Shown in pieces: positions 63,771 through 64,000 of a stretch of 64,000 bases of DNA. Under the pieces are notes generated by a model, which was given only the letters and a program-made list of their open reading frames with translations, was not told where the DNA came from and did not search any database. The stretch lies in assembly GCA_964418675.1 (NCBI GenBank), contig CAYQMM010000003.1, forward strand, positions 152,202-216,201, in the 5' to 3' direction. Position 1 is the stretch's first letter. Every line of letters starts with the position of its first letter. Source of the DNA: an uncultured Candidatus Bathyarchaeia archaeon. Lineage in GTDB: Archaea > Thermoproteota > Bathyarchaeia > Bathyarchaeales > Bathyarchaeaceae. Position numbers and translations under genes: made by a program.

Positions 63771-64000
63771 ATGCCCGCCAAATACTACAGACCCCGCATC
63801 AAAAACCCCCCTAACATAGACTGGCAGCGGCTACTCGCTCTGGTTGCCATTTTAGAGGACACCACCAAAGCCGAAATCGTGACCCACGCCATCGCTTCAT
63901 ATTCAATTTGCAAACTAGATGACCACTATCTCGACAACCCAACCACCTTTAAAAAGGAAATTGAAGCGGAACTCGAAAAGCTACAAAAAGAGTTTGAATA
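63771..64000 (+). CDS. Hypothetical protein, 5' part (runs off the right edge)
   Basis: My own translation is MPAKYYRPRIKNPPNIDWQRLLALVAILEDTTKAEIVTHAIASY..., RHH-like, and the frame is open to the window end. Confidence 0.35.
   Translation, partial: MPAKYYRPRIKNPPNIDWQRLLALVAILEDTTKAEIVTHAIASYSICKLDDHYLDNPTTFKKEIEAELEKLQKEFE

Larger units (their letters stand above)
59799..64000. mobile_element. Virus/plasmid-like integrated module (left boundary about 59.8 kb; continues past the window end)
   Basis: It abuts a truncated host gene. It encodes a P-loop ATPase with a C-terminal TM and RHH-type small regulators. A run of short plus-strand ORFs has 4-nt ATGA or 1-2-nt junctions (62500/62503, 62862/62865, 63383/63385). 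None of these ORFs is a recognisable housekeeping gene. Confidence 0.55.

Overview
This window is an archaeal chromosomal segment. The evidence is eukaryote-like information-processing genes, intron-containing tRNAs, a stand-alone 5S rRNA and PEF-CTERM surface proteins. Gene content suggests an uncultivated TACK/Thermoproteota-type lineage such as Bathyarchaeia, but taxonomy cannot be established from this window alone. All protein calls rest on motif and family recognition by eye on the supplied translations; no database search was run.

Most of the window is conserved housekeeping:
- A contiguous minus-strand cluster of the three aromatic aminoacyl-tRNA synthetases (tyrS, pheT, pheS, trpS).
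- Methionine aminopeptidase, 5S rRNA, a DEAD-box helicase, and HxlR followed by two tandem purP paralogs.
- dCMP deaminase and tRNA-Ala(CGC).
- The classical archaeal proteasome/exosome superoperon (psmA-SBDS-rrp4-rrp41-rrp42-L37Ae-Brix-Pcc1-prefoldin beta), followed by a DHH phosphoesterase and an ECF transporter module (ecfA1-ecfA2-ecfT).
- lysC-hom, apgM, an M29 aminopeptidase and DNA ligase.
- A long intergenic region upstream of orc1/cdc6, which is a candidate replication origin.
- moaC-moaB, PAC2, a JAMM protease, radA, rimI, a MoaD/SAMP-like protein ending in Gly-Gly, S17e, tatD, osmC and a NifU-like protein.

The accessory or unusual parts are:
1. The left edge holds an IS/transposase fragment, an AbrB-like gene behind a phased array of seven TTACCTA heptamers, and a 1082-aa single-chain nuclease-methylase-specificity (Type IIB/IIG-like) restriction-modification enzyme.
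2. At 30378-31787 sits a 1.4-kb element with 68-bp perfect terminal inverted repeats and an 8-bp target-site duplication. It carries a HEPN-motif protein, an HNH remnant and a multi-TM protein, but no transposase. This is my best candidate for an undescribed mobile toxin or defence cassette.
3. A tRNA-Tyr(GUA) gene has two insertions in the anticodon arm.
4. Two G+C-rich, ORF-poor, self-complementary intergenic segments could not be classified.
5. A cluster of paralogous beta-helix PEF-CTERM surface proteins lies at 37.3-41.8 kb.
6. A virus/plasmid-like module runs from about 59.8 kb to the right edge and abuts a 3'-truncated macro-domain gene.

I saw no CRISPR array.
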